From IMG/VR virus record IMGVR_UViG_3300045988_069864: a stretch of DNA of 64,000 bases. One strand, 5' to 3'. Of this stretch, positions 51,053 through 58,906 are shown in pieces. This stretch comes from a virus. The position numbers and the translations under genes were made by a program. The notes beneath the pieces are model-generated. The model was not told the DNA's origin. It was given only the letters and a program-made list of their open reading frames with translations, and searched no databases. Each line of letters begins with the position of its first letter. The stretch's first letter is position 1.

Positions 51053-51266
51053 ATGGCACGAATTATGTTCACTAATCAGAAATGCCCTATTTGTGGGAGG
51101 CGAAGTTCATTATCCAGTCGGTTATAATCCAAAGACGGCTAAAGATCATGGGAATGTCGAATGGATTGTAACTAAAAGAGGTTTAAAACAATTCTTTCAT
51201 ACTAATTGCTATTGGGCTTTAATTGAAGCACAAAAGATCGAAACCGAGATGAATTCTCATGACTAA
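51053..51266 (+). CDS. Zinc-finger-like 70-aa protein; needs a +1 shift at GGG-AGG-C (51095-51101), or is a pseudogene
   Basis: The zero frame gives MARIMFTNQKCPICG then stops at 51127. The +1 frame continues GEVHYPVGYNPKTAKDHGNVEWIVTKRGLKQFFHTNCYW... to TAA at 51266. Total length is 3n+1. Confidence 0.45.
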
Positions 51267-51429
51267 GTATGCAATATTTGTTCGTTTCGATGAGTCGGAG
51301 TCAGGAGATATTTGTGACTATGCTGATGATTTGGAAGAAGCACGCTATCTGCTTAACGAGTATTATGCAGCTTATCATGGCTATTGTGAATTCAAAGTGT
51401 TACCGATATCTGAAAAGGAGTCTGGTTAA
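51259..51429 (+). CDS. Hypothetical 56-aa acidic protein
   Basis: ATG 51259 overlaps the upstream gene's end. The protein begins MTKYAIFVRFDESESGD. Below the track cutoff; the overlapping track ORF at 51269 looks composite. Confidence 0.4.
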   Translation: MTKYAIFVRFDESESGDICDYADDLEEARYLLNEYYAAYHGYCEFKVLPISEKESG

Positions 51430-51430
51430 A

Positions 51431-51875
51431 ATGTTAGCACAAGCTTATCACGACTTACAGGAAAAACAACGACAAGAGATTAATGACTTCCCTATTGCTT
51501 ATGCATTCAGTAATGAACAATTAAAAGAAGCCCTTGTGAAGCTGAGGCAATGTTGAATTATCCGATTGCTGCACTGTAATGAATCATGGCGATATTATGC
51601 TGAAAAAAGACGCTAAACGTTTCATTGAAATGTTGAGACGTCATAATCAAGAAGTTCATGACTTACTCATGAGCAGCGATGATATTGCCTATGAAACATT
51701 CGTGTACGAAATGGATAATCATGAATACGCCATCAACTGGGATGGTGATTATGATGTATTGTGCTCTTTAGGATTAGATGCAAAAGACTTGGAAGACATG
51801 GGACTGCAATGTATCTACCAAAAAGCAAGACATGAACATCTGCGTAAAGCTCATGAAGAATGGGAGATTATTTGA
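51431..51875 (+). CDS. 148-aa protein; needs a +1 shift at CTG-AGG-C (51542-51548), or is a pseudogene
   Basis: Zero frame 51431-51556 ends ..KEALVKLRQC*. The frame of track ORF 51579 is open from 51546. Joining at L-G gives ..FSNEQLKEALVKLGNVELSD..DIMLKKDAKRF... The two halves look like one protein family. Confidence 0.5.
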
Positions 51876-51876
51876 T

Positions 51877-52071
51877 ATGAAAACTGCAAACTGGTATCGA
51901 CATCGATTGGCTAAATACACTGAGGATCATTATGGTAGATATTCGGATGAGATTGAGTTCTTTCCAGATCCGGATATTAATCAATGGAAATTCAAAATTC
52001 CATCTCTCAATCTCGTAGTGGTGTTGGTTTGTCTGGATAGCGGAAATATTAATGAATTTTCATTGTTTTAA
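51877..52071 (+). CDS. Hypothetical 64-aa protein
   Basis: ATG 51877 follows GGGAGA. The track ORF starts further upstream, inside the previous gene. Confidence 0.45.
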   Translation: MKTANWYRHRLAKYTEDHYGRYSDEIEFFPDPDINQWKFKIPSLNLVVVLVCLDSGNINEFSLF

Positions 52072-52098
52072 CGCGGCCTAAACAAGCCCCTTTATGAA
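52070..52098 (+). promoter_or_regulatory. TTCGCG-N17-TATG motif copy 13 (AACGCG)
   Basis: AACGCG 52070-52075 overlaps the upstream stop. TATGAA is at 52093-52098 and the SD follows directly. Confidence 0.4.
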
Positions 52099-52111
52099 AG
52101 GAGTGGTTTAA

Positions 52112-52393
52112 ATGACCGATAAACAAGTTTATATTTATGGAATTGGTGGAGCTGATAAGCAGTATAAAGTTTTAGCTTATTGTTTTGTCATGGACGAGGA
52201 GGTGACAATTAGAAATATTTTATACCAAGCAGCCATGCTTAAGGCTAGAAACCCGAGCGTGGAGAAGGTATATGCTATTGATAATTATCGCGGTTTGCGT
52301 CGTGACTTCAACGATAGCATAAGAAAAAATACCATCGAAAGCTGTGCCATTTTCAAGAACATTCTTGAATCCCAAGGTATTAAAATCCTCTAA
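52112..52393 (+). CDS. Hypothetical 93-aa protein
   Basis: SD AAAGGAGTGG. Confidence 0.55.
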   Translation: MTDKQVYIYGIGGADKQYKVLAYCFVMDEEVTIRNILYQAAMLKARNPSVEKVYAIDNYRGLRRDFNDSIRKNTIESCAIFKNILESQGIKIL

Positions 52394-52400
52394 AAAGGTT

Positions 52401-52444
52401 TAGGAGATCTGAAACATGGTCTCCTATTCTTTTATATTTGTAAA
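52401..52444 (+). terminator. Intrinsic terminator, copy 1 of an identical 44-nt element
   Basis: TAGGAGATCTGAAACATGGTCTCCTATTCTTTTATATTTGTAAA. The stem is AGGAGATC/GGTCTCCT and a T-run follows. Confidence 0.8.
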
Positions 52445-52470
52445 TTGGTAAAAATTGAAAGGAGTCGATC

Positions 52471-53130
52471 ATGACTTGGAAAGAATTTTCAGATCCTAAC
52501 CGAATTGATCAGCAAGCATCACAAAAACTCGTCGGCAATATTACTGATGGATATTCATTCGTCGATCCCATTAAGTATGCTGCACAACTTAAAACAGAAA
52601 GGAAGACGAATATGGGTTTTGCAAACGGTGACCGTGTAATGGTCGGCTATAACTCTGACGAATACAATGGTAAATTTCGTAGGACTTTTGGAGAGGTTAA
52701 ATTCGATTACGCAAAGGAATCCAAAATAGCCGTGGAAATTGATTACATTACAAACAAAGGGAGTAGATATGGATATTTCTATTTCGCTCCCGAGCATCTG
52801 ATCAAGGTACCCAACGATAAGAAACAGAATTTGGAGGATTATACTATGAATTCGCACGAAGATATTAACACCGCAATGTACAGAGCCTGCGTTAACGCTA
52901 CGTATGGTATCCCCACCAAGGTTCCTGGCATTAAAAACGTCATCTTCAACGCTCCTGCTACCATTGTCTTCTGGGCTGATGACACTAAGACCATTGTAAA
53001 ATGTGGTCCGAATGATATTTATGATCCTGAGAAGGGTTTGGCTATAGCAATTGCTAAGAAGCATTTTGGCAACGATAATTGCTTCCACAAGATCTTTAAG
53101 CAGTGGCTACCTAAGGAGGAAGAGAAATGA
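52471..53130 (+). CDS. Hypothetical 219-aa protein
   Basis: SD GAAAGGAG, clean ORF, no domain recognised. Confidence 0.6.
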   Translation: MTWKEFSDPNRIDQQASQKLVGNITDGYSFVDPIKYAAQLKTERKTNMGFANGDRVMVGYNSDEYNGKFRRTFGEVKFDYAKESKIAVEIDYITNKGSRYGYFYFAPEHLIKVPNDKKQNLEDYTMNSHEDINTAMYRACVNATYGIPTKVPGIKNVIFNAPATIVFWADDTKTIVKCGPNDIYDPEKGLAIAIAKKHFGNDNCFHKIFKQWLPKEEEK

Positions 53131-53420
53131 AAAAAGATGATATTTTGGTGGTTAAATGCAATGTTTTTCTGAAACAAGATAAATATAAGGATCTCTATCA
53201 AAGCATTCTTGAGCAAAAAATAAACGGTGTGGTTATTCTTCCAGCATATTGCGATGCCGTCATTGTTCCAAAAGATACTGAAATTAAGGTTGAACCTGAC
53301 TCTGACCAGCCTAACCATACATGTATAAATTGTAAGTGCGGTGATAATATAGCTTCTGATGATCCTTGTTACAGATGTATGGAAAAAAGTCTCTGGGAGC
53401 CTAAGGATGATCTTAAATGA
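53127..53420 (+). CDS. Hypothetical 97-aa protein with C-terminal Cys cluster
   Basis: Start/stop overlaps with both neighbours. Cys cluster CINCKCG....DDPCYRC. Confidence 0.55.
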   Translation: MKKDDILVVKCNVFLKQDKYKDLYQSILEQKINGVVILPAYCDAVIVPKDTEIKVEPDSDQPNHTCINCKCGDNIASDDPCYRCMEKSLWEPKDDLK

Positions 53421-55120
53421 ATAAGGAAATATGGAAGGATATCGAGGGCTTTCCTAATTATGAAGTAAGTAATCATGGACAAATTAGAAACAAAACAACT
53501 AACCATATTTTATCTCCGATCCCGGACAAAGACGGATACTTAAGAGTACATTTAAATACTGATAAAACTGTAAAAAGAGTTCATCGATTAGTGGCCGAAG
53601 CGTTTATTCTAAACCCGAACAATAAGTCCCAAGTTAATCATATAGACGGTGACAAAACTAACAATGATGAAACTAATCTCGAATGGGTTACTGTTGGAGA
53701 AAACAACATTCATGCATTAAAAACAGGATTACGAAATATTTCTAGACCAGTCCGAATAGTAGAAACAGGAGAAATTTTTAGCAGTATACGAGAGTGTGCT
53801 TCCGCAATAAATGCTAAAGAACAAAATGTCCAAGCAGTTGCTTCTGAAATGAAAAATCGTAAAACAGTAAATGGTCTACATATTGAATATATGGAAAAAC
53901 CTAAACGTACTCCATTCTTATACGATTATCAAATGGAAGCTGTGCAAAAACTCCATAACGGATGCATTCTTTGTGGTTCTGTGGGATCTGGCAAATCAAG
54001 AACAGGACTTTTCTATTATTTCAAAGAAAACGGTGGTTGGATTGATGAGAACGGTTATGTTCCAATGAAGAACCCTCAAGACTTAATTATCATTACAACT
54101 GCAAAAAAGAGAGATTCGCTCGAATGGGAAGGAGAGTTAGCTAATTTTCTAATTTCAAAAAATCCAGAAGTAAGTTATTACAAAAACAAAGTGATAATCG
54201 ATAGCTGGAATAATATCAAAAAGTACAAAGATGTAACTGGAGCATTCTTTTTGCTGGATGAACAACGATTAGTCGGTAGCGGTTCATGGGTTAAGACTTT
54301 TCTTAAGATTGCTAAATCAAATCAATGGATATTATTAAGTGCAACTCCTGGGGATTCGTACATGGACTATTTGCCGGTATTTTTGGCAAACGGTTTCTTC
54401 AGAAACAAAACCGAATTCACAAGAGAGCATGTTGTATATTCCAGATACACAAAGTATCCAAAGATCGATCACTATGTAGGTACACAATTTCTCAATCGAT
54501 TACGAGACAAAGTTCTTGTAAAAATGAACTATCAGCATAAGATTAATACTCATCATGAGGACATCTATTGCCGGTATGATATTTCAGCTTACAAAGACGC
54601 TATTCGTAACCGTTGGGACCCATATAAAAACGAACCAATTCAACAAGCATCGGGGCTTTGCTATGTTCTAAGAAGAATAGTCAATTCGGATGAATCAAGA
54701 CAGATACAGTTACTCGAAATTCTTGAGGACTACGATCGAGCAATTATATTCTATTCGTTTGACTATGAATTAGATATTCTTAGAAATCTTGGTTACGGCG
54801 AAGATGTTGAAGTTGCTGAATACAATGGGCACAAGCATCAGCCTGTTCCAGAAGGTAAGAAGTGGATATATTTATGTAACTATACATCAGCATGCGAAGG
54901 TTGGGAGAACACACGAACCAACTGTATTATATTTTACAGCCAAAGCTACTCATATAAAGTCATGACTCAAGCTGCTGGACGGATCGATCGACTGAACACT
55001 CCATACGCTGATTTATATTACTATCACCTCAAAAGCCGTTCTGGAATCGACCTAGCCATCTCTAAAGCTCTTAGAGAGAAGAAGCAATTTAATGAAGTTC
55101 GTTGGGTTAACGGACATTGA
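53417..55120 (+). CDS. HNH homing-endonuclease-like module (NUMOD4 + HNH + IENR-like) fused in frame to an SF2 (DEAD/SNF2-like) helicase
   Basis: aa 1-~155 carry WKDIEGFPNYEVSNHGQIRN, HRLVAEAF and VNHIDGDKTNN..NLEW. From the internal Met 159 (nt 53891) the helicase motifs follow: YDYQ, GSVGSGKS, LLDEQ and SATPG. Confidence 0.7.
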   Translation: MNKEIWKDIEGFPNYEVSNHGQIRNKTTNHILSPIPDKDGYLRVHLNTDKTVKRVHRLVAEAFILNPNNKSQVNHIDGDKTNNDETNLEWVTVGENNIHALKTGLRNISRPVRIVETGEIFSSIRECASAINAKEQNVQAVASEMKNRKTVNGLHIEYMEKPKRTPFLYDYQMEAVQKLHNGCILCGSVGSGKSRTGLFYYFKENGGWIDENGYVPMKNPQDLIIITTAKKRDSLEWEGELANFLISKNPEVSYYKNKVIIDSWNNIKKYKDVTGAFFLLDEQRLVGSGSWVKTFLKIAKSNQWILLSATPGDSYMDYLPVFLANGFFRNKTEFTREHVVYSRYTKYPKIDHYVGTQFLNRLRDKVLVKMNYQHKINTHHEDIYCRYDISAYKDAIRNRWDPYKNEPIQQASGLCYVLRRIVNSDESRQIQLLEILEDYDRAIIFYSFDYELDILRNLGYGEDVEVAEYNGHKHQPVPEGKKWIYLCNYTSACEGWENTRTNCIIFYSQSYSYKVMTQAAGRIDRLNTPYADLYYYHLKSRSGIDLAISKALREKKQFNEVRWVNGH

Positions 55121-55138
55121 TATTTAAGGAGAAAACTT

Positions 55139-55384
55139 ATGAAAAAACTCACAGCGATTCTTCTTGCAATCGGAATGACATTTATCATGACCGGATGCAA
55201 CAAGCAAATCATCGACACTACATACAAATACACTTATGCCTATGTGGAACTTCCGAACGGCAAATGTGTTGAAGGTAAGATTTCATCTTGGAAGGATTAT
55301 GATGACGGAGATCAGATCCAAGTTGTAATCGATGGTGTCACATATTTCACTGATACGACTCGTGTAGTTCTGACGACTAAGTAA
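55139..55384 (+). CDS. Lipoprotein (signal peptide + lipobox)
   Basis: MKKLTAILLAIGMTFIMTGC with Cys at position 20. 81 aa. Confidence 0.65.
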   Translation: MKKLTAILLAIGMTFIMTGCNKQIIDTTYKYTYAYVELPNGKCVEGKISSWKDYDDGDQIQVVIDGVTYFTDTTRVVLTTK

Positions 55385-55396
55385 AGGAGAAAAACC

Positions 55397-55564
55397 ATGG
55401 GTAACCCTTGTAAGGAATTCTTTCCATATTGTGTTTGTAATAAATGTCAGCATAAAGTAGAAAATCCAAAATGCTGCATTGATCATCATAAAAATTGTTA
55501 TCAAGATCAACAATACCCTGGACGAAAGTATTCATGCAAACAATTCGTCAGGATTAAACGCTAA
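55397..55564 (+). CDS. 55-aa Cys-rich protein
   Basis: ATG after AAAGGAG. Nine Cys residues (C..FFPYCVCNKC...CC...C...C). Below the track cutoff. Confidence 0.45.
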   Translation: MGNPCKEFFPYCVCNKCQHKVENPKCCIDHHKNCYQDQQYPGRKYSCKQFVRIKR

Positions 55565-55575
55565 CGGAGGCTTTT

Positions 55576-55671
55576 ATGTGTCCATTTTGTAAAGTGCCAC
55601 TAACTAAACTCCATGGAATTTATATTTGTCCATTGTGCGGAATGCAGTTTATTGACGAGGAGGATGTCTGA
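55576..55671 (+). CDS. 31-aa zinc-ribbon peptide
   Basis: MCPFC...ICPLCG. SD GGAGG lies 6 nt upstream. Confidence 0.4.
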   Translation: MCPFCKVPLTKLHGIYICPLCGMQFIDEEDV

Positions 55672-55826
55672 TGGAAGAGCAATTCAAAGAAGTATATTTC
55701 GATCAGTACTGTAAAACTTGCAAGCACGAAAAGGTAGCAGAAGAAAAAGATCCTTGTCACGAGTGTTTGAGTGAGCCTACTAATTTATATTCTCACACAC
55801 CTGTCAATTGGGAGGAAAAGGAATGA
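55671..55826 (+). CDS. 51-aa CxxC...CxxC protein
   Basis: The ATG shares its A with the preceding TGA. Cys pairs are CKTC...CHEC. Confidence 0.4.
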   Translation: MEEQFKEVYFDQYCKTCKHEKVAEEKDPCHECLSEPTNLYSHTPVNWEEKE

Positions 55827-56104
55827 ACTTCGAAGATTTTAAGATTCAGACTTTTGAGGAGAATCCAGAAGTAAAAGAAGAGTATGACCAGCATGACTAT
55901 ACCAAACTGTCAACAGGTCTTGAAGCAACTTTCGCTACATTTGTTAAAGTTTCAAAAGATGTTATGATGACCATTCTTGGGATTAAAGATTCAGTCCTTG
56001 ATATTTGTCCGAATAAACGAGTGGTTCATTTAGCTAAGCATGGCAGTAAAAAGACTCGTAAGAAGAATTTCCATAGAGCTATTAAAATTCTGGAGGAACG
56101 GTAA
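55823..56104 (+). CDS. Hypothetical 93-aa protein
   Basis: ATG 55823 follows GGGAGGAAAAGGA and overlaps the upstream stop. Confidence 0.55.
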   Translation: MNFEDFKIQTFEENPEVKEEYDQHDYTKLSTGLEATFATFVKVSKDVMMTILGIKDSVLDICPNKRVVHLAKHGSKKTRKKNFHRAIKILEER

Positions 56105-56316
56105 TGAGACGCTTTGAATTGATCATTGAAGATGACGGTGTTGGGAACCAAAATATTAAAGCTACCAACGATGGCTTTTATACCATAGAACTAATCGGGT
56201 CGCTGGAAATCGAACTGCACAGTCTTAAAGAGCAGGCTTATAATAAGACAAATTTCGATAGAACCTGTATTATGCCCGACGGTAAAATTATGAAAATCGA
56301 GGATAAAAAGGAGTAA
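56104..56316 (+). CDS. Hypothetical 70-aa protein
   Basis: ATG overlaps the upstream stop (TAATG). Confidence 0.55.
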   Translation: MRRFELIIEDDGVGNQNIKATNDGFYTIELIGSLEIELHSLKEQAYNKTNFDRTCIMPDGKIMKIEDKKE

Positions 56317-56320
56317 AACA

Positions 56321-56716
56321 ATGAGTACGCTGCATGATATTACAATCAAACTAGAACGACGGCTTTGCGAAGTTAACGGCGAACTTGGATATTTTCATTG
56401 CTGGGAACAGCATTCTACAACAGTACCTTCGATTGGATCATTACCAGGTGGACAAGAAACTCATATGTTTGGAATCGTGGAGTTTAAGGATCGTGTTGCA
56501 CGTATTCTCCCTTGGGAAATCAAATTCAATGATGAGGAAAATTATACACTTGGAATGATGCAGAAAGAATGGGACAAACGAAAATCCAAACATTGGATCG
56601 ATAATGCCGATTCTTATATTTGCCCGATCTGTGGCGAAGAGGTGCGAAGTCCAAGCGCTTACCCTGGATGCAAATGTCCGAAATGTGGATTCCAGGACGA
56701 AAAAGATAAGGAGTAA
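56321..56716 (+). CDS. Hypothetical 131-aa protein with C-terminal zinc ribbon
   Basis: Cys pattern CPICGEE...CKCPKCG. Confidence 0.55.
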   Translation: MSTLHDITIKLERRLCEVNGELGYFHCWEQHSTTVPSIGSLPGGQETHMFGIVEFKDRVARILPWEIKFNDEENYTLGMMQKEWDKRKSKHWIDNADSYICPICGEEVRSPSAYPGCKCPKCGFQDEKDKE

Positions 56717-56719
56717 ACT

Positions 56720-57214
56720 ATGAAAATCGAAAACTGGTGCGGTTATGATATTCGTTTTGTTGAGATCAATGGTGAATGGTGGGCTATTCTGAAGGATATT
56801 TGCGATGCATTGAATCTAAAGACATTTAAGATTGCCCAACGACTTAATCCCGACATGCTCACCAGAGTTACAGTTGAAGTATCTGATATACCTTCAAAGT
56901 ATAACAGATCACGAGGCGATAATATTACTCGATCTATGCTCGCAGTTAATGAGCTTGGCATATACGAGGCGCTCTTTGCTAGTAGGAAGCTTGAGGCTCG
57001 TAAATTCCGTATGTGGGCCGGCACTGTCATGCAGAAACTTCGTAAGAATGTTGGTCTCGAACAATATGAAGTCATGCGTATGACCGAACCGGAGATTCAG
57101 GATGAGATTGATGATATTCTTGATACCCTGTTCTATGACGAAGAGACTGGCAAGCTCATGCAGTCGGTTACAGTTCAGGGTGGGGATGTTGAACAGGTGC
57201 CGTTTGAGGAGTAA
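56720..57214 (+). CDS. Bro-N domain protein (antirepressor-like)
   Basis: The pattern IRFVEINGEWWAILKDICDALNL...LAVNELGIYEALFASRKLEARKFRMW is typical of Bro-N/KilA-type phage proteins. Confidence 0.65.
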   Translation: MKIENWCGYDIRFVEINGEWWAILKDICDALNLKTFKIAQRLNPDMLTRVTVEVSDIPSKYNRSRGDNITRSMLAVNELGIYEALFASRKLEARKFRMWAGTVMQKLRKNVGLEQYEVMRMTEPEIQDEIDDILDTLFYDEETGKLMQSVTVQGGDVEQVPFEE

Positions 57215-57218
57215 TATT

Positions 57219-57455
57219 TTGAAACGCGATAATTGTCCTATTTGCGATTACCCATTCGAGTACTGTCAGTGCTTATTTGCTGGAAATGCTCATCCGGATA
57301 GAGAAAAACGTAAGCAAGTGGTTAAAGATCATTTATATTTACTATCCAATGCCCAGATACGTCATCTCGCAAAACTCGAATCTTGGTGGGCCACTTCTTA
57401 CGATGACTATGAAAAGAACGTTATTTTAGAAGAACTTAAGGAGAAAAAGCAATGA
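57219..57455 (+). CDS. Hypothetical 78-aa protein (CPIC..C.C)
   Basis: TTG 57219 lies 7 nt after GAGGAG. The upstream part of the track ORF overlaps the Bro gene. Confidence 0.45.
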   Translation: MKRDNCPICDYPFEYCQCLFAGNAHPDREKRKQVVKDHLYLLSNAQIRHLAKLESWWATSYDDYEKNVILEELKEKKQ

Positions 57456-58246
57456 TTAAAATTGAAAATGTAGAGGTAATGGGCTGGGATGCTGCTATTA
57501 GAGGCATGCGTAATCCGATGAACTCTTGGGAGAAGAGTGATAGTAACTATAGACCAATTCTTGCTAGCAGATGTGATACATGTACGTCTTATCTACTCGA
57601 TAATTGGGACGACTGTGACAATTGCGAGGTGCATAAGCTGTGCAATTCGCCAAATTATTTTCTGGTTGGTCCGAATGACCTCGATCTCATGACCCGTCTT
57701 AGTAAAGCCGGTACAGATCATCGTAAGTTCATGCGGATGATTACCGTATACCTTGATATTACAGCTCCGCTGTATTGGTGGAAAGAATTTGATACATACA
57801 AGGTAGGTACTGTTGCGAACTCTTGCTCAACTATGCACAAGATTGCGGCGAAGGAGTTTACGCTGGAGGATTTTAGTTGTGAGCATTTGATGAACCTTAC
57901 GGACTATAAAGAAGCTCCTTGTTTAGAAGATGATTTTCCAGCGTTTGAAGAAAAAGATGGCGAATCATTGTTCTGGACGCCGACCGATATTTTGGTCCGG
58001 ACCATTGGCGGGCTTAATTTCTATCGCCAGCGTTATCTTGAAACCAAAAATAAAAAATACTGGTGGCAGCTCATCCAACTCTTGCCGAGCTCTTATAACC
58101 AACGCCGGACGATCATGCTGGATTACGAGGTGTTGGCGAATATTTATAAATCTCGTAAAGGGCATAAACTTGACGAATGGAATAGCTTCTGCGACTGGAT
58201 TGAAAGTCTGCCTTATGCTGAGCTGATCATGGGTAAAGAGAAATGA
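57452..58246 (+). CDS. Hypothetical 264-aa protein, possibly a degenerate ThyX-like fold
   Basis: GTDHRKFMRMITVYLDITAPLYWWKEFDTYKVGTVANSCSTMH loosely parallels the ThyX H..F.....I.....R....E..RHR......S.RY region, but the Arg residues are missing. Confidence 0.25.
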   Translation: MIKIENVEVMGWDAAIRGMRNPMNSWEKSDSNYRPILASRCDTCTSYLLDNWDDCDNCEVHKLCNSPNYFLVGPNDLDLMTRLSKAGTDHRKFMRMITVYLDITAPLYWWKEFDTYKVGTVANSCSTMHKIAAKEFTLEDFSCEHLMNLTDYKEAPCLEDDFPAFEEKDGESLFWTPTDILVRTIGGLNFYRQRYLETKNKKYWWQLIQLLPSSYNQRRTIMLDYEVLANIYKSRKGHKLDEWNSFCDWIESLPYAELIMGKEK

Positions 58247-58455
58247 TATTTTCCTGTAATCGGTTCGCTCTTTTTCCACGTATGTGTTCCGAATGCAAAC
58301 GTTATATTTGGATGGAACCTTATAGAAGATCAGACGTTTGGCATGGAGGTTTTGTCGATAGATATTTTAAGGGGGATTACAAGAAAGAAAACATTTGTAA
58401 GAAATGTCTACCTAAATTCTTACCAAAAACTGAGCAAGACACAACCGCGATATAA
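58243..58455 (+). CDS. Hypothetical 70-aa protein (CSEC...CKKC)
   Basis: ATGA overlap with the upstream gene. Confidence 0.5.
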   Translation: MIFSCNRFALFPRMCSECKRYIWMEPYRRSDVWHGGFVDRYFKGDYKKENICKKCLPKFLPKTEQDTTAI

Positions 58456-58472
58456 ACCGATCCTTTAATGAA
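58444..58472 (+). promoter_or_regulatory. TTCGCG-N17-TATG motif copy 14 (ACCGCG / AATGAA)
   Basis: ACCGCG 58444-58449 overlaps the last codons of the upstream gene. AATGAA is at 58467-58472 and the SD follows directly. Confidence 0.4.
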
Positions 58473-58487
58473 AGGAGTTGATTTAAC

Positions 58488-58814
58488 ATGACTATTAGAG
58501 ATTGGCTGAAGAAACCGGTAAGGACATACACCTGTTCTGATGGATCGTATGAAATCCAAGAGAATCGACCGAGATTGTACTGTAATGATGGATATTCCAT
58601 TTCGGTACAAGCCAGCAGCTTTCATTACTGTAAACCGAGACTTAATGGGATACGGGACTATGAAAGCGTTGAGCTTGGTTTTCCGAGTACGGAAGATGAA
58701 CTCATTAACGAGTATGCCGAGAATGATTCGATTTACACGCAAACCGTTTATGGTTATGTGCCTATCGAAATTATTGAAAAACTTATCAACAAGCATGGAG
58801 GAATAAAAGCTTAA
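58488..58814 (+). CDS. Hypothetical 108-aa protein
   Basis: SD AAAGGAG. Confidence 0.55.
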   Translation: MTIRDWLKKPVRTYTCSDGSYEIQENRPRLYCNDGYSISVQASSFHYCKPRLNGIRDYESVELGFPSTEDELINEYAENDSIYTQTVYGYVPIEIIEKLINKHGGIKA

Positions 58815-58825
58815 TAAAACAATGA

Positions 58826-58870
58826 AGTAAGAGGTCATAAAATTGGCCTTTTACTTTTTCTTTTTATCTA
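58826..58870 (+). terminator. Intrinsic terminator
   Basis: AGTAAGAGGTCA-TAAAAT-TGGCCTTTTACT (two G-T pairs) followed by TTTTCTTTTTAT. Confidence 0.65.
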
Positions 58871-58906
58871 ATTCTGAGTTGATTACGGGAAAGGAGAAAA
58901 AAGCAG

